Positions 11,212-26,652 of a stretch of 64,000 nucleotides of DNA are shown here, one piece after another. The DNA comes from Octopus vulgaris (taxonomy: Eukaryota): the NCBI GenBank assembly GCA_951406725.2, contig OX597832.1, positions 70,680,001-70,744,000 of the forward strand, read 5' to 3'. How positions within the stretch are numbered: the stretch's first letter is position 1; each line of letters begins with the position of its first letter. The position numbers and the translations under genes were made by a program. The notes under the pieces are model-generated. The model did not search any database. It saw nothing but the letters and a program-made list of their open reading frames with translations, and was not told the DNA's origin.

Positions 11212-11215
<4 letters not shown>
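9395..11215 (+). mobile_element. Decayed Helitron with RepHel N-terminal remnants
   Basis: 3' end CCAGAGCAACGCCGGG...CTAG|T at 11188-11216 plus coding remnants at 10520-10910. The 5' boundary is approximate. Confidence 0.75.
10520..10910 (+). pseudogene. Helitron RepHel N-terminal fragment
   Basis: CRLCKALKFPNE...FLSNIRQYNSPFQITLFGA and FMPTFKVQVQVYHFIGSLLP...PKFLQIYF resemble the animal Helitron N-terminal motifs. Confidence 0.85.
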
Positions 11216-11247
<32 letters not shown>

Positions 11248-11366
11248 CGTATATAGTATATGGACATATATAAACATACATAGAGAGGCAGGGAAGTATT
11301 AATGGATGAAAATGTTATCGACTATGTATATAAGTATACATATATATAATATATATATATATATAC

Positions 11367-11410
<44 letters not shown>

Positions 11411-12388
11411 TTACATATATATGTACATGCATATATATATATGTATATATGTGTGGGTGTGTGTATGCGTGTGTGTAAATAGAGACAGAGAGAAAGGGAG
11501 TGAGTGTTTCACATATATATATATATGCACATAAACATAAATACATATTTTCGCTCCTTCATCCATATATCAATATTCACCCGCTATTTCACTGTCTTTT
11601 CCCTCTCTATCTATCTCTCTTTTCCTCTCTGGACCTTTCTCTTTTTCTCTCACCCTCTCTCTTTATCTCTCTCTATCTTCATATTCGGTTATCTCTCTAT
11701 CCTGCTCTCTGAACCTCTTTCTCTTTCCATTCACTCCCCACTCAACCCATTGCTCTATCATCTCTTCCTTCATCTCTTTCAATAACATAATACTAATGAC
11801 ATAATATATCGTAAGGTAAATATAGATTTAGTGGCAGCGTGTCTAAGCCAACATCAGTGGGGTGGATCATGCGTGACAGGTGGACTGGGTAGAAGGAAAC
11901 AAAAACAATATAGATAGAACAAAGGAACAAACAAATCATATTCAGTACTTTTGTATTGCTATAACAATCAATATATATATATACATATACATATGTTTGC
12001 GTATGTGTGTGTATGCATACATACATATGTATAAATATATATGTATGCATGTATGTACACCATTATCTATGTGAATGTATATTAGTATACATATACACAT
12101 ACGCACACACAGACAAAGAGATACCATTACTTCAAAACAAACATGTGTGTCCATGTGTGCTTCCATGTGAGTGTGTCCACGTGTGTGCCTCTATTTGTGA
12201 GAGTGTTTGCTTGTGTTGTTGTGTCTAAGTGTGTCTGTGTGTCTGTGTGTGTACTTCTATGTGAAACACAAATATTTACATTTGTATGTAAACACAAGTC
12301 AGGTGGTATTTCGCCTTTAGATGTTGATATATGTTTCTGCCCTTGAAATTACACACATATTCACACATACACACACACACATGCACAC

Positions 12389-12421
<33 letters not shown>

Positions 12422-12588
12422 CACAGAGGCATACACACGCACACATCTATTTCAGAGCATATCGGTCTCTCTCACAGACTTATCTCTGACGAAATAATTT
12501 CCAAATAGTATTGAGTACTGCCTTATACATTTCCAATTTACACTAGTGTGAACTCATATATATATATATATTATCATTATCATCATCA

Positions 12589-12638
<50 letters not shown>

Positions 12639-12654
12639 GTTATTGTTATTGTTA

Positions 12655-12698
<44 letters not shown>

Positions 12699-12774
12699 TA
12701 CCTACACATATATGTGAGTCTTTCATATATATATATATACGCATACATATGTATCCTCATATATGTGCATGTGC

Positions 12775-12815
<41 letters not shown>

Positions 12816-14104
12816 TGTGTGTCTTGTAATATTAAACATCTTCAAGTAATCGATTGTGGTTATTTTTGGCACCGCACCGCTGCCAAATCAAACAACGAAA
12901 ACAAGGAAGAAAACCGAAGCCACAAAACTCACCCGAGAATATCTAATACACTTAGATGTGTCTTATATGAATTATTGATATATTTATTGAAGATTAGCAA
13001 TGAAATTGCTAAAGACATTGTTGTTTTAGCCGTCTTATTTTATCTGCAATTTTAATATATCTTTTGTTTGAAATCTATTTCTTAACTGTGTAATATCGAT
13101 TTCTCATTCGTTGGCTCAAGGCCACCATGTCTCTAGTAGTGCGCATCGTTAAGTTAATAGAGAAAGCCGACCAAACTTTTATTCCAAGTTATGACATTAG
13201 AAAATTTTCCTGGACTACTTTCTGCATGAAGAATATATAGTTTTAGGAGTGGCTGATGTATTGGTGTGTAATGAACCGAGAAGAATATTAAATCAATCGA
13301 AATTATAGCCGTGACGAAAAGTTATTAATTAGCGTTAATGACAATCCTTGTCAAAGAATAGCATGGGAGAGAACTCTCTAACGTTTAATTTTTTATAACA
13401 CTAATTGGAACGTACAGTCTGTTGTGTCCCTCTCCTTATTGGCTGGAGTTATTGTTTAACCCCGGGATTGTAAAGATTGAATAGATTCAGATGGAGTATG
13501 GAAGTAGCAAATTTATCGCAATCTGGCGTTTAACGTTTTGCTGATGCTGTTTCAGCTGTTGTTGTTTTAGTTTTCAAATTCTTCCAGTCAACTTTGGATG
13601 AACAAAGACCTAGTAATGAGAATAATTCTTTACTTTCGATATTATGTGTCAAACTATGAACTAAGTCATTTTGTTTCCTTTTCTTTTTTTTTTTTCTTTT
13701 TTTTAATCAGAATGTTACTGTTTGAGTTTTAAGCAATTTTAACAGCTATTTCTAGCAAGTAATGTGGCCTGTCAAATAAAGGCGGCCTTGTTTTATTATT
13801 AATACTGTTAATATTGTTATAGTTTTTAGGAGGGAAATCTGTCAGAAACGTTAACGCGTCAAACAAGATGCCTCTAAGTATTTCTTACAGCTCTTTACGT
13901 TCTGAGTTCAAATACCGCGAGGTCAACTTTTCCCTGCAAACTTTTCGGATGAATTTAATTGTCCGTCGCGTATTAAGAGATAATTTATCCTGCCCACAAA
14001 ATTGCTATCCTTATGTGAAAATTAGAGGGAATCATTATTATATAAATAGTTTCTGATGTTGTTATGTAATTTTACTTTATTATTATTATTATTATTATTA
14101 TAAG

Positions 14105-14565
14105 CCGAATACACCCTTCATGACCACCCGTCCGATAAGGGTACACCAGGTGCATGCATCACAACGATGTATGCGTGACATGGTGATCTCTTATCAAGAC
14201 AAACACCACATGATCTTGCAGGTGGGGCCCAGTCAGAGTTTTCTTCAGGTCGAGTCGCCCGTCCTGCTCAAAACGTTCTTGAATAAAAGTTATTTTTGGA
14301 TGATGGATGAAACAGCTATGTTTTTCAGGGTCCAATATTACAAACTCCAAAGAATTCCTTTCAACACATGACTACGAGGCCTCCCCACTCCTTCTGGTTG
14401 TGATTCAGTGATGCACATATCCTCAACCAGGAAGAGGCATGCTCAATTTGTTATGGTCACGCAACTAACAAGCAAATCTATGGTACAGAGTAGAATATTT
14501 GCGGTAGTTAAGATCATTTTAAATCAGAAGTCACGAGAGCCATTGCCTGGTACAGCATTGGGGCA
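14105..14565. repeat. Interspersed ~500-bp repeat between (TTA)n tracts
   Basis: Collinear with 28468-29005 (gataagggtacaccag...tcagaag.cacgagagcca...). Confidence 0.8.
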
Positions 14566-14621
14566 TTTATTATTGTTATCATTATTATTATTATTATCAT
14601 TATTATTATTATTATTATTAA

Positions 14622-14670
<49 letters not shown>

Positions 14671-14674
14671 GTTA

Positions 14675-14785
<111 letters not shown>

Positions 14786-15010
14786 AGGTGGGGAGCTGGA
14801 AGAATCGTTAGCACGCTGAACGAAATGCTTCATAGCATTTTGTCCGTCGCAACGTTCTAAGTTCAAATTCCACCGAAGTTGACTTTGCATTTCATCCTTT
14901 TGAGATCAATAAATCAAGTACCAATGAAACACTGGGGTCGATATAATCGACTATCTCCCTCGCTCAAATTCCAGGCCTTGTGCCTATAGTAGGAAGGATT
15001 ATTATTATTA
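14786..15010 (+). mobile_element. SINE family 2 (core gactttgcctttcatcctttcggggtcgataaa...agtacc)
   Basis: A/B-box-like head (agctgg.agaa...gttcaaattcc). Related copies at about 13835, 31345, 40326, 42345, 47530 and 48952. Confidence 0.8.
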
Positions 15011-16187
15011 TGAATAGAGGGTTGAAACATTCTCCACACGGTTATAGACATGAAAGTTTGCCGTTTTCAAACACATTTCTACTCCGAACAATTAAGCGTA
15101 AATTTCAGACATGATAATTATTCATTAGAATGTACTATGAAAACACGTGTAGTGTTATTTCACTCGATATATTTAGAAATATCACTCTGAAAGGTTAAGA
15201 AAACAAGGGACATGTGTAAATTGGAAACTACATTCGTAAATACGAAATGGTTTGTCATACTAGAAACGATTAATGCTTTGCGATATCAACTGAGTTACGG
15301 AATCGTAATGGGAAATACATGATGATATCAACCGTCTTCGGAAATACGAGAATACTTCGACCAAGGTACCATGAAGCGTAAAAATACTGAAGCAACAGGG
15401 TATCGCTAGAGGCGCAAAATTACATTCTGGGCCAGCAACGTATAGCATTTTAAAGAGGAGGGTATGCCTTACTAAGTTAAATGAACGTTCCTAGAACAAC
15501 AGCAGCAAACTACGAAAGATTTGCTTGGCCGAGAGAGTAAGTATCCTGAAAAGCTCGCTCTACCCAGGTACCATCTTAAACTCAAAAAAAGGTGTGTTTA
15601 ATCGGAATAATGCTGTTTCATTAGATGAAAGTAATAATGAAAAATAAAGTACTCAAGTAGTCATTGTCTGATTATCTAAAAGAACAAAGTAAATTTGTTT
15701 CCCCTGATATGTAACTTAAAAGCAAAATTAATAAAAATATTAATATAATACAATCTTAGCAGACGGCAGGAGAAGTCAGATGACTCTTCATAAAGCCTGT
15801 GATAAGAAACAGAAAATAAGAAGTAGACAAACAATTTAAAAAGTCAGAAAAAATAATTAAAAAATATATAATCAGAGATAAGTAATGTAAAACCCCATTA
15901 AAGTGGCATTTAGTCTATGTGTAAGGTCAATATTTACTTAAACAGATAATTGTAGATAATTAATATTCAGAGAAAAAATTATTTTATTAAAAGTTTCCGC
16001 ATCAAAGGCAATTCGATTTTTAAACTTTCAGCGTTGAAAGCATTTAGAAAAAATTTAATGAAAACTTCAAGGTTACTAAGCAACGAAGAAGAAAATAAAC
16101 AACAAACAGTGATTACAGAAGATATGAAGCAGTTTATAAATTAGAACGTAGATTAAAAAAAATTTTCACTGATACCTATAGATATAC

Positions 16188-16229
<42 letters not shown>

Positions 16230-16352
16230 GGAGGGAGGGAGAGAGATCGACTAACCAGCGAGGTGACATCGTTGGGAGGCTATAAAGAAGCGAAAGAGCG
16301 TATTGCGACCAGCAGTGCATAACCACAAACGATAGTCTGGTTAATAGAGTGT

Positions 16353-16388
<36 letters not shown>

Positions 16389-17199
16389 TGTGTATGTGTG
16401 TATGTCTGTCTGTCTGTCTGTCTGTCTGTGTGTGTGTGTGTGTGTGTGTGTGCGTGCGTGTGTGTGTGTGCGCGCGCGTGTGTGTGTGTGAATGTACATT
16501 GATGAAGAGACATCATAAACAGCATTTAGGAGCTCCATTAATAACACTTTGACTTCGGTTCACTGTTACGTTTTCGTCGAAGGCAGGCCATGAAGCGAGT
16601 AGAGAGTTACGGGTCGCTGAAAATGTTGCGAACAGCAGCGAGAGGACTTTGACGGACAAACAAACGATTAATCGCTTAAGCAAAACATTAAACAAACAAT
16701 CGACTGGTTGGTTGGTTGGTTGGTTGGTTGGTTGGTTGGTTGGTTGGTTGGTTGGTTGGTTAGATATTTGACCAATTGACTAGCAGTAAAGAAGTGGAAT
16801 TGAACCTGTGAGTGTGTGATTATTATCGGCGTAATGGCCCCTCCTCGGACAACAAAACTGTTTCCACACACGATTTCATATCAACAATCTTGCAACTCAA
16901 ATACAAAAACCAAAATTGATTATAAATATATTTTATTGAAATAGCTGTAGAGCCCATTAAAATTATTAACTTTATATGAAATGTATGCATGCCTGCCTCT
17001 TATTCAATACAATACATACAGGCGTCGCTGTTCCCTGTCTGTTCGAAGGTTTATATATATTCAGTGGAACACATCCACTGGTTTCCAAAAATAGAAATAC
17101 TATTATTTTTAAATCTCTATAAGGAGACTACGACAGCACTACTGGGTATAAATTGTTATCGCCAAGCTAACTTAGAAGGAACGTGTATAGGGTGTGATT

Positions 17200-17885
17200 G
17201 TCGCGTTGACTATGACAGAGAAAGTTGTCATGGCGATACCTGCTCATTGGCCAACGCAAAGTTGCAGAGAGTGTATGGAGAGGAGTGTATGAGCCTCACA
17301 CAAGTGTACGAGTGGTACAGACGTTTCGAAGATGGCCGAAAAAATATCCATATTGACGAATGTTCTCAGAGACACGTAATCAGCAAAAATGAGAAAATCA
17401 TCACAGATGTGCGTGCAACTGTGAGAGGAAATCGTCGAATCACCATCCGCGAGTTATCAAAAGAAGAGCAGATTGGTTACGGTTTAGTTCAGTCCATTAT
17501 CTACCAAGTTTGTACCAAATCTGCTTTCAGCTGACCAAGCAGAGAGTCGGGTTTGAGATGCACAAGATCTGCTTGATGGTATAGAGGACGATGAAAAGTT
17601 TTGAAAACTTTGCATAGACCTCTGAGCAAGAATCACCAAGATTTCAGCAAAATTTGATGCATAATCTCTGCTCAACTCTCTCTGCCATGTTCAATGCGAT
17701 GATGACATGTTACTCACGTTTTCCAAGCAATGATGCAAACAGCAGAAGTTCACGAGGACGTTAGAACAACTTAGTGCACCTGCACTGCAGAGTTCAGGGT
17801 CAATCTCTACAAAGCAACTCCACTCTCCATGCATTAGCTTCGTTACTATAGTAACAGTCTAGATACTTATTGATCAGACCACGTA
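17200..17885 (+). mobile_element. Mariner-type DNA transposon remnant
   Basis: KLQRVYGEECMSLTQVYEWYRRFEDGR...NRRITIRELS is the mariner HTH N-terminus. A TIR-like end tgatcagaccacgTA lies at about 17871-17885. Confidence 0.85.
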
Positions 17886-17915
17886 CATACATACATACAT
17901 ACATACATACATACA

Positions 17916-17976
<61 letters not shown>

Positions 17977-17982
<6 letters not shown>

Positions 17983-18230
17983 GTATCAAGGGAGATCGGG
18001 CGAAAACGACTTTTCTCCAGATTGCTTGTATTGTTAATACCTTCAAAAACTACCAAAACCTCCAGCTAAAATACACACAATTAAGGTAGGGTCTTTTTAT
18101 TTTCCCTCACCAAACCGCTTTCAGCCAAATGTATATTTTAGCTGGAGTTTTTGGTAGTTTTTGAAGGTATCGGCACTTGAAGCATGCTGAAGAAATGTAG
18201 TTTTCGTTCTATTTCCCTTGTTATAATTAG
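17977..18230. repeat. Imperfect foldback / MITE-like inverted repeat
   Basis: ataccttcaaaaactaccaaaacctccagctaaaata (about 18037-18073) is mirrored by tattttagctggagtttttggtagtttttgaaggtat (about 18134-18170); the outer arms are more diverged. Confidence 0.75.
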
Positions 18231-18327
18231 ATACATATCTACATTATTATTAAATTAATGTATTTATTGCCAATAAATTCTTATAGCATGCTGACCACTG
18301 GATAAAAATCATTAACGTGATTTTTAT

Positions 18328-18398
<71 letters not shown>

Positions 18399-18432
18399 TA
18401 TATGTATATGTTCACAAAAACCTATATATACA

Positions 18433-18504
<72 letters not shown>

Positions 18505-19155
18505 TATGTATGTATACATGTATGCATATGTATACATGTATGCATATGTATACATGTATGGATATGTATGCATATGTATGAGTGTGCGTATGTGTGTGCG
18601 TGTGTGTGTGTGTATATGCTTTTGAAAAATTACAAGACATTTTTACGAAACTGGGAATTTAATCAGATATAGGTTTTGAATTTTGGCACAAAGCCACCAA
18701 TTTCGTAGGAGGGGAAGTGTCGATTACATCAACCCCAGGAATCAACTGGGGTTTATATAGATATATATATTTAGATATATCTGGGATACTTATATGTACT
18801 CATGATTTTTGCTTCGGCTTTTTTTTCATGGGCGCATGTAGGTATTTCATTTATTTCTATTCGTATTTTCTACTGAAGAGGAAAAAATCTATTATGAGAT
18901 TAATTTCGAAATTGATTCAATATAGAAATAACGAAGTTTTTCAAAAATTCTGTTGGTTAGCTTTCCTCTATTTCAGCACAACTTATTTCTGTAGTGGGTA
19001 TAATAATATGTGGAAATTGACGATTGAAAAGTCTGTTATCAGCATATTGGTATAGAAATAATTTTCTTTTGCCCTTATTTATAAGTTGTTTATAATTTTA
19101 ACCTTTAAAAGTATTTTAATATGCTGCCACTTTTTTGATGAAATTTTTTCTGTAA

Positions 19156-19211
<56 letters not shown>

Positions 19212-19599
19212 CACGCACATACACGCACACGCACACACACACACACATAAATGGTGTGCATGTACAACATGCAAAATTCACGACGTTAATGCACTCCCAA
19301 ACATAGAATTGGCACACAAACCAAATGCACACACTTCCTGACTGATATTCTATAACATTTTACCAACTTTTTCCCAAGTAACTCATCAAATTCTTTCATT
19401 ACATAACTGCTGATCAAAAATACTTTTATTAATTGTCTTTGTTTCTCTTGTTTGTAATTTAAATTTTTATTGCAATTACGTTTATATCTTCTGATCGATT
19501 TTTAGGATTTATCGATATCTTAATATTGTCATTCACGAGTAGAACATTTTGAACAGGTTCACAGGTATTCGGGTGCATATAATCATAGAAATCCATCCC

Positions 19600-19691
<92 letters not shown>

Positions 19692-19780
19692 GCTAGCTAG
19701 CTAGCTATCTATCTATCTATCTATTTATTTATCTATCTATCTATCTATCTAGATAGATAGATAGATAGATAGATAAATAA

Positions 19781-19827
<47 letters not shown>

Positions 19828-20282
19828 TACATTCTTGTCGGTATAATTAGATATGTCAATGAGCGTAAAAACGAAACCATAACAAAACCAAAGGACGATA
19901 GATTAGAACAGATTAAATTGCTTCTTTTCAAGGCAGCATTGTTTCTATGGCTCTATGACTGACCTCTCCTGTTTGTCTCTATGCCTGACCTCTCTGCCAT
20001 CTGCCGAATCTATTCATAGACCTGTAGAATATGATCCATTCACGAATCTGATTCCCATCTACAATGGTTGTGGTGTTGATGGTGATAATGAAATAAATAA
20101 AAATAATGATAATATGCTACAGCTGTTGATACTAAATACTACTAATACTACAACTATTACTATTATGATAGCACAGGAATCTGAGGTCCAACTACCGCCC
20201 TTACCACTACCCTCAACTGTTACTGCAACCACTGCTACTACTACACATAAAAACAATAATACCAGTGATATCAGTGATGATG

Positions 20283-20362
<80 letters not shown>

Positions 20363-20364
<2 letters not shown>

Positions 20365-21842
20365 AAGGAAATGAGTGGAGTCTCCTTATGAGCTCATAAT
20401 GATACATCTAGTCATGGTGTCACAATAAAAACACTGGTAATAATTGGCAACCTAATAATCGCTACCTCATATGAGTGGCAATGAAAAAAAATATTGTGAA
20501 TAACTGTGGTAATGAAACTGAAGCCAATGATGGTGACAGTGTTGCACCCTGTAGGCTCAGAGATTTTGGTCCGGCTCCAGCCTGTCGATACCCAGAAAGG
20601 GACCACCACACACGGTGTAGATGGAACAAACAAATTAGTGCTGTGGCCATGGAATGTTACTACCTGAACAACTCGGTAGATGAAAATGTATGATCATTGG
20701 AGAGAAAAGGGATTGTTTCATCTCACCGAACAGAGACTATATGATCAAGCTAGAGTAATAAGAAAAAATGTTGGTTCACAGTAGAGCTCGAAACTATCAA
20801 AACACGGGTCATGGACAATAGCACCATAGATAAGAATGAAAATGCAGTTCTTACTAATAAGAGTAATCTCATAGCACAGGAAAACAACATAGCACGGTAT
20901 GTAAAAAATGACACAGAACCGCTTATATTAGAAGTGGGAACGTCAGGTTTGTGCAGGATGAAAGATTGCAAAGACAAAGCACCATACAAGAAATTGAAAA
21001 CGAATGAAACTGAAAATAGGTGAGTAAAGAAAAGAATGCATGGTCAATTTCATAGGGATGTTGAAGATAAGACGGACAGAGAAAAAAGATGGCTGTGGAT
21101 GACTAAAAGTGATGATTAAAAGATGACTAAAAACCGGAAACAAAGGCTCTAATCTGTGCTGCCCAAGAGCAAGTACTAAGAACAAACTACATAAAATACA
21201 GAACAGACAACACAGTAGAAAGTGCTAAGTGCAGAATCCCGAGATAAAACGGTGAAACCGTATGGCATATTACCAGCCAATGTACGCCAATATCGCCAGG
21301 CTTGTCCATTGGACACTTTGCTACAAGTATGGACTTGGCAGATCAAAAAATTGGTACGGACCACAAACCCGAAGTCATCATCGAATATGATAATGGAAAG
21401 ATCCTGTGGTATTTTATGATTCAGTGCGATCAAGAGATTGGGAATAGGAAGCCGGACATAATCTTAATTGAGAAAGAAAACCAACTATGCTGGACATAGA
21501 CATAGCATGCCCAGCAGACAACAAGGTATGCGATAATGAAGAAAGAAAAGTCGAGAGATGTGACAGGTTAGCCTGGGAAGTTAAGCATTTGTGGTCGATG
21601 AAAAAGATAGCAGTAGTACCAATAATTGTCGGAGCCCTGGGGACAGTAAGCAAAAATCTTGAGAAGTACGTGGGACAAATATGGGCTGCAATAAGGCAGG
21701 AGCACTTGCAGAAAACAGCACTGCTTGGAAACTCTCGAATACTCCGGAAGGTGCTCGAAAAATAAGAGGTGTTACCTTAGTTCACTCATAGTGAACAGCT
21801 GACACCGTAGTACATCTCCAGCGTAAGAAGCTATGCAAAGGC
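20363..21842 (+). mobile_element. R4/Dong-like RLE non-LTR element, internally deleted (no RT), embedded in (TAA)n
   Basis: Remnants MHGQF, QEQ.LRTNY, KCR, HKPE, RKPDIILIEK, IDIACPAD and VVPIIVGALGT; both ends abut (TAA)n. Confidence 0.8.
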
Positions 21843-21918
<76 letters not shown>

Positions 21919-22736
21919 TAAACTTCACAACATTTTGAACTAGTTCACACACATTTCATTTGCTACACACACACACGCACGCACACACACACATATACAT
22001 ACATACATGCATACATATATATATATAGACATATATATATACGTAAAACCAAAAATATATTGCGTGTATATGCTGATATGTAAATGTATATAATTAGATT
22101 TTCATATGAATAAATCTGTGTGCATGTTTCTGTATACATACACTTCCATGTATTATATGCGACGAGATATATATTTTTATCCGCGTATATATGTAATATA
22201 TGTATATATAAACATAAAATACGCATAACACGCACACACACACACACTTACAAACACACACACAAACGCATGTTCTCAAACACACAAACACACACAGTCA
22301 CATATACAGAGACCCCATAGAAGGAACCATAATTATAGCGCTGACAAAAAAAACAAACGAAATGTTCAGACTCCATCAACCTGATGACATATTTTCCGAC
22401 ATTTTACTGCCATTTGTTTCTATTGGCCTCATCAATTTCATTTATTACGGTTGAATCCGGAATTGAACTTTTTTACTAATTAAATTTATTTCGGCATTAT
22501 TCATTTATTTTATTTCAATTAGTTTATATGTTATTGGTGGTTTAGCTATTTATCGACATTTGAATTTTTTGGTATTCAGGATTCGAAAATGTTGACATAG
22601 TTTCATGAGGGGGCAAGCACACAACACACATAAATACATACATACATACACACATACATACATACATACATACATACATACATACATACACATATGCCCG
22701 CACGCACACACACATACATACATACATGATATATAC

Positions 22737-22791
<55 letters not shown>

Positions 22792-22799
22792 AAATATAC

Positions 22800-23052
22800 T
22801 GCAATATATATATACTTTATTTAAAGCAGCAGAAAATTCAACAAAATCTGTTACTCTGAGTTTCTCGTTGCCGTTCATCAAACAGTTTTTGCTAGAATGG
22901 AACCGATATATCAATTCAATCTAGACTCTTACAAACGCTACACCTTTAAAAAGAAATGGACTTGTTTGATTGTTTAAATAAAGCATATTACTCTACCACT
23001 GGTATTTGAGTACTCTTTTTCCACCTTGTTTCACATTTATGTGTTTACTCCG

Positions 23053-23109
<57 letters not shown>

Positions 23110-23270
23110 TAGATAAATGGTACAACAAGGCACCAATATTTACTGGAATATTACCTAGAGGTAAGACAAATTTTCTTCATGTTTCACGTTGCCGTTCGTC
23201 GGACAGTTTTTGCTAGAATAGAACCGATATGTCAATATATATATCCAGATGAATGGAATATATTTACCTG
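22800..23270 (-). repeat. Penelope-like LTR-type repeat fragments with hammerhead-like motif (family also at 30920-31130)
   Basis: Shared sequence gtttcacgttgccgttcgtcggacagtttttgctagaat at about 22860, 23182 and 31036. Confidence 0.6.
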
Positions 23271-25055
23271 ACATAGTTTTGGATGATCCCAGGACATTTT
23301 GCATATAGAGAAGGAAACGAAATCCTTCAGAGTACCTTCCTATTTGGAAAGAAGTTATCATGGTGACATGTCCTGCTGAGATCGGAAACCCTGTCCTGCT
23401 TTTTGTAGTGGAGATGCTTTTGACCCTCAGATAACTGGTCACGCAAAGAAGAATTGAACAGACGGCAAGAATAGCAAGAAGACATTCGCCAACAAGAAAT
23501 TGTACAATTACTGATTTAACAGGAGTTTCCCGGGAACTTCACTTCAGTAACATAGACATATCTAAGCGGAAAGTAAAACCACAATATACTGCAATAAATT
23601 GCGGACTCAACAAGCAGAAAGTTAGCTAAAATGAAAACCTTAAATCTGTTAGTTAAAAACAGCATAGAACTGTGGATGTATCTATTTATTTATTATAATT
23701 AATTCTAAACATTGGACTATGGCTATACTTAATTAAAATTATAATAATTTTAAATTTCATATATTTCTCATTACAAGTAAAATTGTTTTCTATGACCTTC
23801 ACACATCAAAAAATTTCTGTTCCTCTCACCTATGTTACCAAATTAAAATTTCCCCTCGTATTTTCTATAAATATATTTAATGAGGACACTTCAACGTCAG
23901 CAATTCACATACCACTGACACCTACTTATCCCGATTCATTTCAATGCAAAACATCTTAATCGTCTGTTTAGAAAAGTCACTTATTAAATATTCCACTCCA
24001 TTCTTTACTATATATTCCACAAATCGAACTGATACGCCATTCGTTTCAAAATGCTTTGTTCGAACAGACCAAAACATATGGCCAAGTGTAACGAATCATA
24101 TATATTCAAGCGTCATACCGCATATGCATACATACGTACACACACTTACATATACACACATGTATGAGATTTATGTGTTTTTACGTGTTTGGGTGTGTGT
24201 ATGCTTGTGTACCTGGAATGTGCCGGAGTAGATAACATTGTGTAAACATTCAGCCGACTCCTGCTTTACTGTCAAATTATTCTATAACACACTCCGAAAA
24301 GATCCGTAAGGCATCGTTCTCAGCAGACTTTTTGCTTCAGCGGCGTTTACTAAAATGAATATGATATATGGAGAGGTCTAGCTAATGTCACGTATTCTTT
24401 TCTAATATACTTTCCGTATCTCTCTCGCCCAAAGCATACGATATTTGCTTCAAACAGCAGGACATCTGCAACGTCGACAGAGAAAATGGCGAAGTTGTAT
24501 CACAATGAATAAGCCAGTAGCGTCGCCATAGATTCCGTGTATTTAGCTACAAGGTAAAAGGGGGGGGCATTGTTTCTTTCAACCTTTTTGTTTTTGGAAA
24601 ATTGCAAGAAATTCCGACAGACAAAGCAAAGAATAATTGAGTCCCTTGTGGAGTTCGTTCGAATTAGATTAAACAAAATGTATTGATTTGATGTATACTT
24701 ATGTATCATTGTGTGTGTGTGCGCAGGTGTGTGTGTCTGTGCATGTGTATGTGTGTGGTGTGTGTGTGTGTGTGTGTGTGTGTGCATGTGTGTGGTCTGT
24801 ACACGTGCAAGTATATTCATATATATATATATACACACATATATGTATGTATAAATATATATAAATCAGATATTGCTATAACAATCAATGTTAAGTAAGT
24901 TATATAACTGTTCAAAATTTATGACGATACAACGTAAATATTTGAGTGTGCATGAATATATCTGAATATATACACTGGTATATGTATGTGTCTGCGTTTG
25001 TACTCATATGTACATTCCTATACACACACATACATACATATATATATGTATATAT

Positions 25056-25125
<70 letters not shown>

Positions 25126-26379
25126 GTGTGTGTGTGTAGGTAGACTTGCATACATACACCTCAATATATGCACATATATACACATCAATCCACACACAAG
25201 TCCTTATATTGTCAACATATGTGTTAAGCTTTCGTTACTACTCTACATAACGACGTTGCATCACACAATATTCAATGTAATCGATATAGATACGGTGTGG
25301 CCAACTGGTTCAGTTTGTTTTGCAATCACGAGTTCTCGGTTTCAATACCACTGTGTAATCTTCTATGATGTCCAGTTGACCTTAACTTATGAATGGAACT
25401 GGATAGATGGAAACTATAAAACAGCCCTTTAATGGGATTATATAACTGAAAATGTATAGCCATGTCACGCACGCACGCACACACACACACACGCTCTGTC
25501 ACGTAGGTTCTGACTGAGAATCACGTTATGGCTACACATCTCTTTGGAATATTCAGCCACTTAGATGTTAATTCAGAGGCAGGTAACTCAACTGATTGAC
25601 AAGGGAATTTTCATCGTTAAATGACGGAAGTTCATCGTCAACGTAAATTGAAAAATACGCGATTGATAACGATTTCTTTGCTATTACAGCGACTACAGTT
25701 CCTATCGCTACTCTTAATACAATGATAAGAAGTAATAACGATTTTGGATTTTGGATTTTGGTTCCGAGCCAAAGATTTTGACGGGTAACCGATAGTAAAT
25801 TACTCCAATACTTGACTGGTATTCTATTTTATCCATCACAGAGGGATGAATGTCAAAGTCGACCTCCGTGGGATACCAGAATGAGAGGAGTATTTCAAAG
25901 ACAAGCTCCAATTCCCATGAGGAAACCTTGAGTGTGGGGAAATTTATGGGGGAGAATGATCTCTAAATTATACACAATATACAACATATACGAATATATG
26001 AACATTAGATACCTCGTCATAGAGGATAACCTTCAATTAGGGCCAGTAATAGAAGCCCACACATCCAAGGGCACTCTGAGCACCAAGAACATGAAGGTTC
26101 TCCAGTCTGCAGGCGTAGTTCCATTCACCCTTTCTCTAATGTCACTCGCCAGTTCAAAATTCACTGGAGAGATCATCTTTCTACAGCCTTATTTTCCATT
26201 TCAAGATGAACTTGAAAAAGATGATGGAAGCTTGATCGAAGGATAAGGTGCCTATCTACAATTCTTTCAAGCTCATCCAGCGCAGAACGTCATTCACCTT
26301 ACAAAGAGAAGAACTTCCTGTCCATCCCTGTCAAAGAAAAGCGGTAGAGCGATTTCCCCGCTGAACTCGGTAATAGCCA

Positions 26380-26618
26380 AATTTAGCGTAGATGAGACAA
26401 CAGCCATTCGACATAAATCCTGAGGTCAGAAACCCTAGATTTTGTGCCGCCCAGCACTACGTTGTATCATCGCATGAGATGAAGGTTGTCATCTAACGCG
26501 AATCGTAAACGTTTGTGAATCGAGAAGATTGGTATAGTCAGTACCAATCTTTTGGTAAATACCCTTACCAAAATCTTTAACTCTGTGCCGAGAATGATGC
26601 ATTTAGTCCCAGAACTCT

Positions 26619-26620
<2 letters not shown>
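26380..26620 (-). pseudogene. Decayed L1/Tx1-type RT N-terminal fragment
   Basis: IILGTELKILVRVFTKRL...DNLHLMR resembles the ITLLNxDxKILxKxLxxRL...DN segment of L1-clade RTs. Confidence 0.5.

Positions 26621-26652
<32 letters not shown>

Noticed and set aside
16500-16900. CpG-containing non-repetitive stretch, possible 5' exon or regulatory region
   Set aside because: No coherent ORF, splice structure or recognisable motif.
24430-24560. YY1-like motifs (AAAATGGCG, CGCCAT) suggesting a promoter
   Set aside because: The motifs are short and no exon or transcript evidence is visible, so this cannot be supported.
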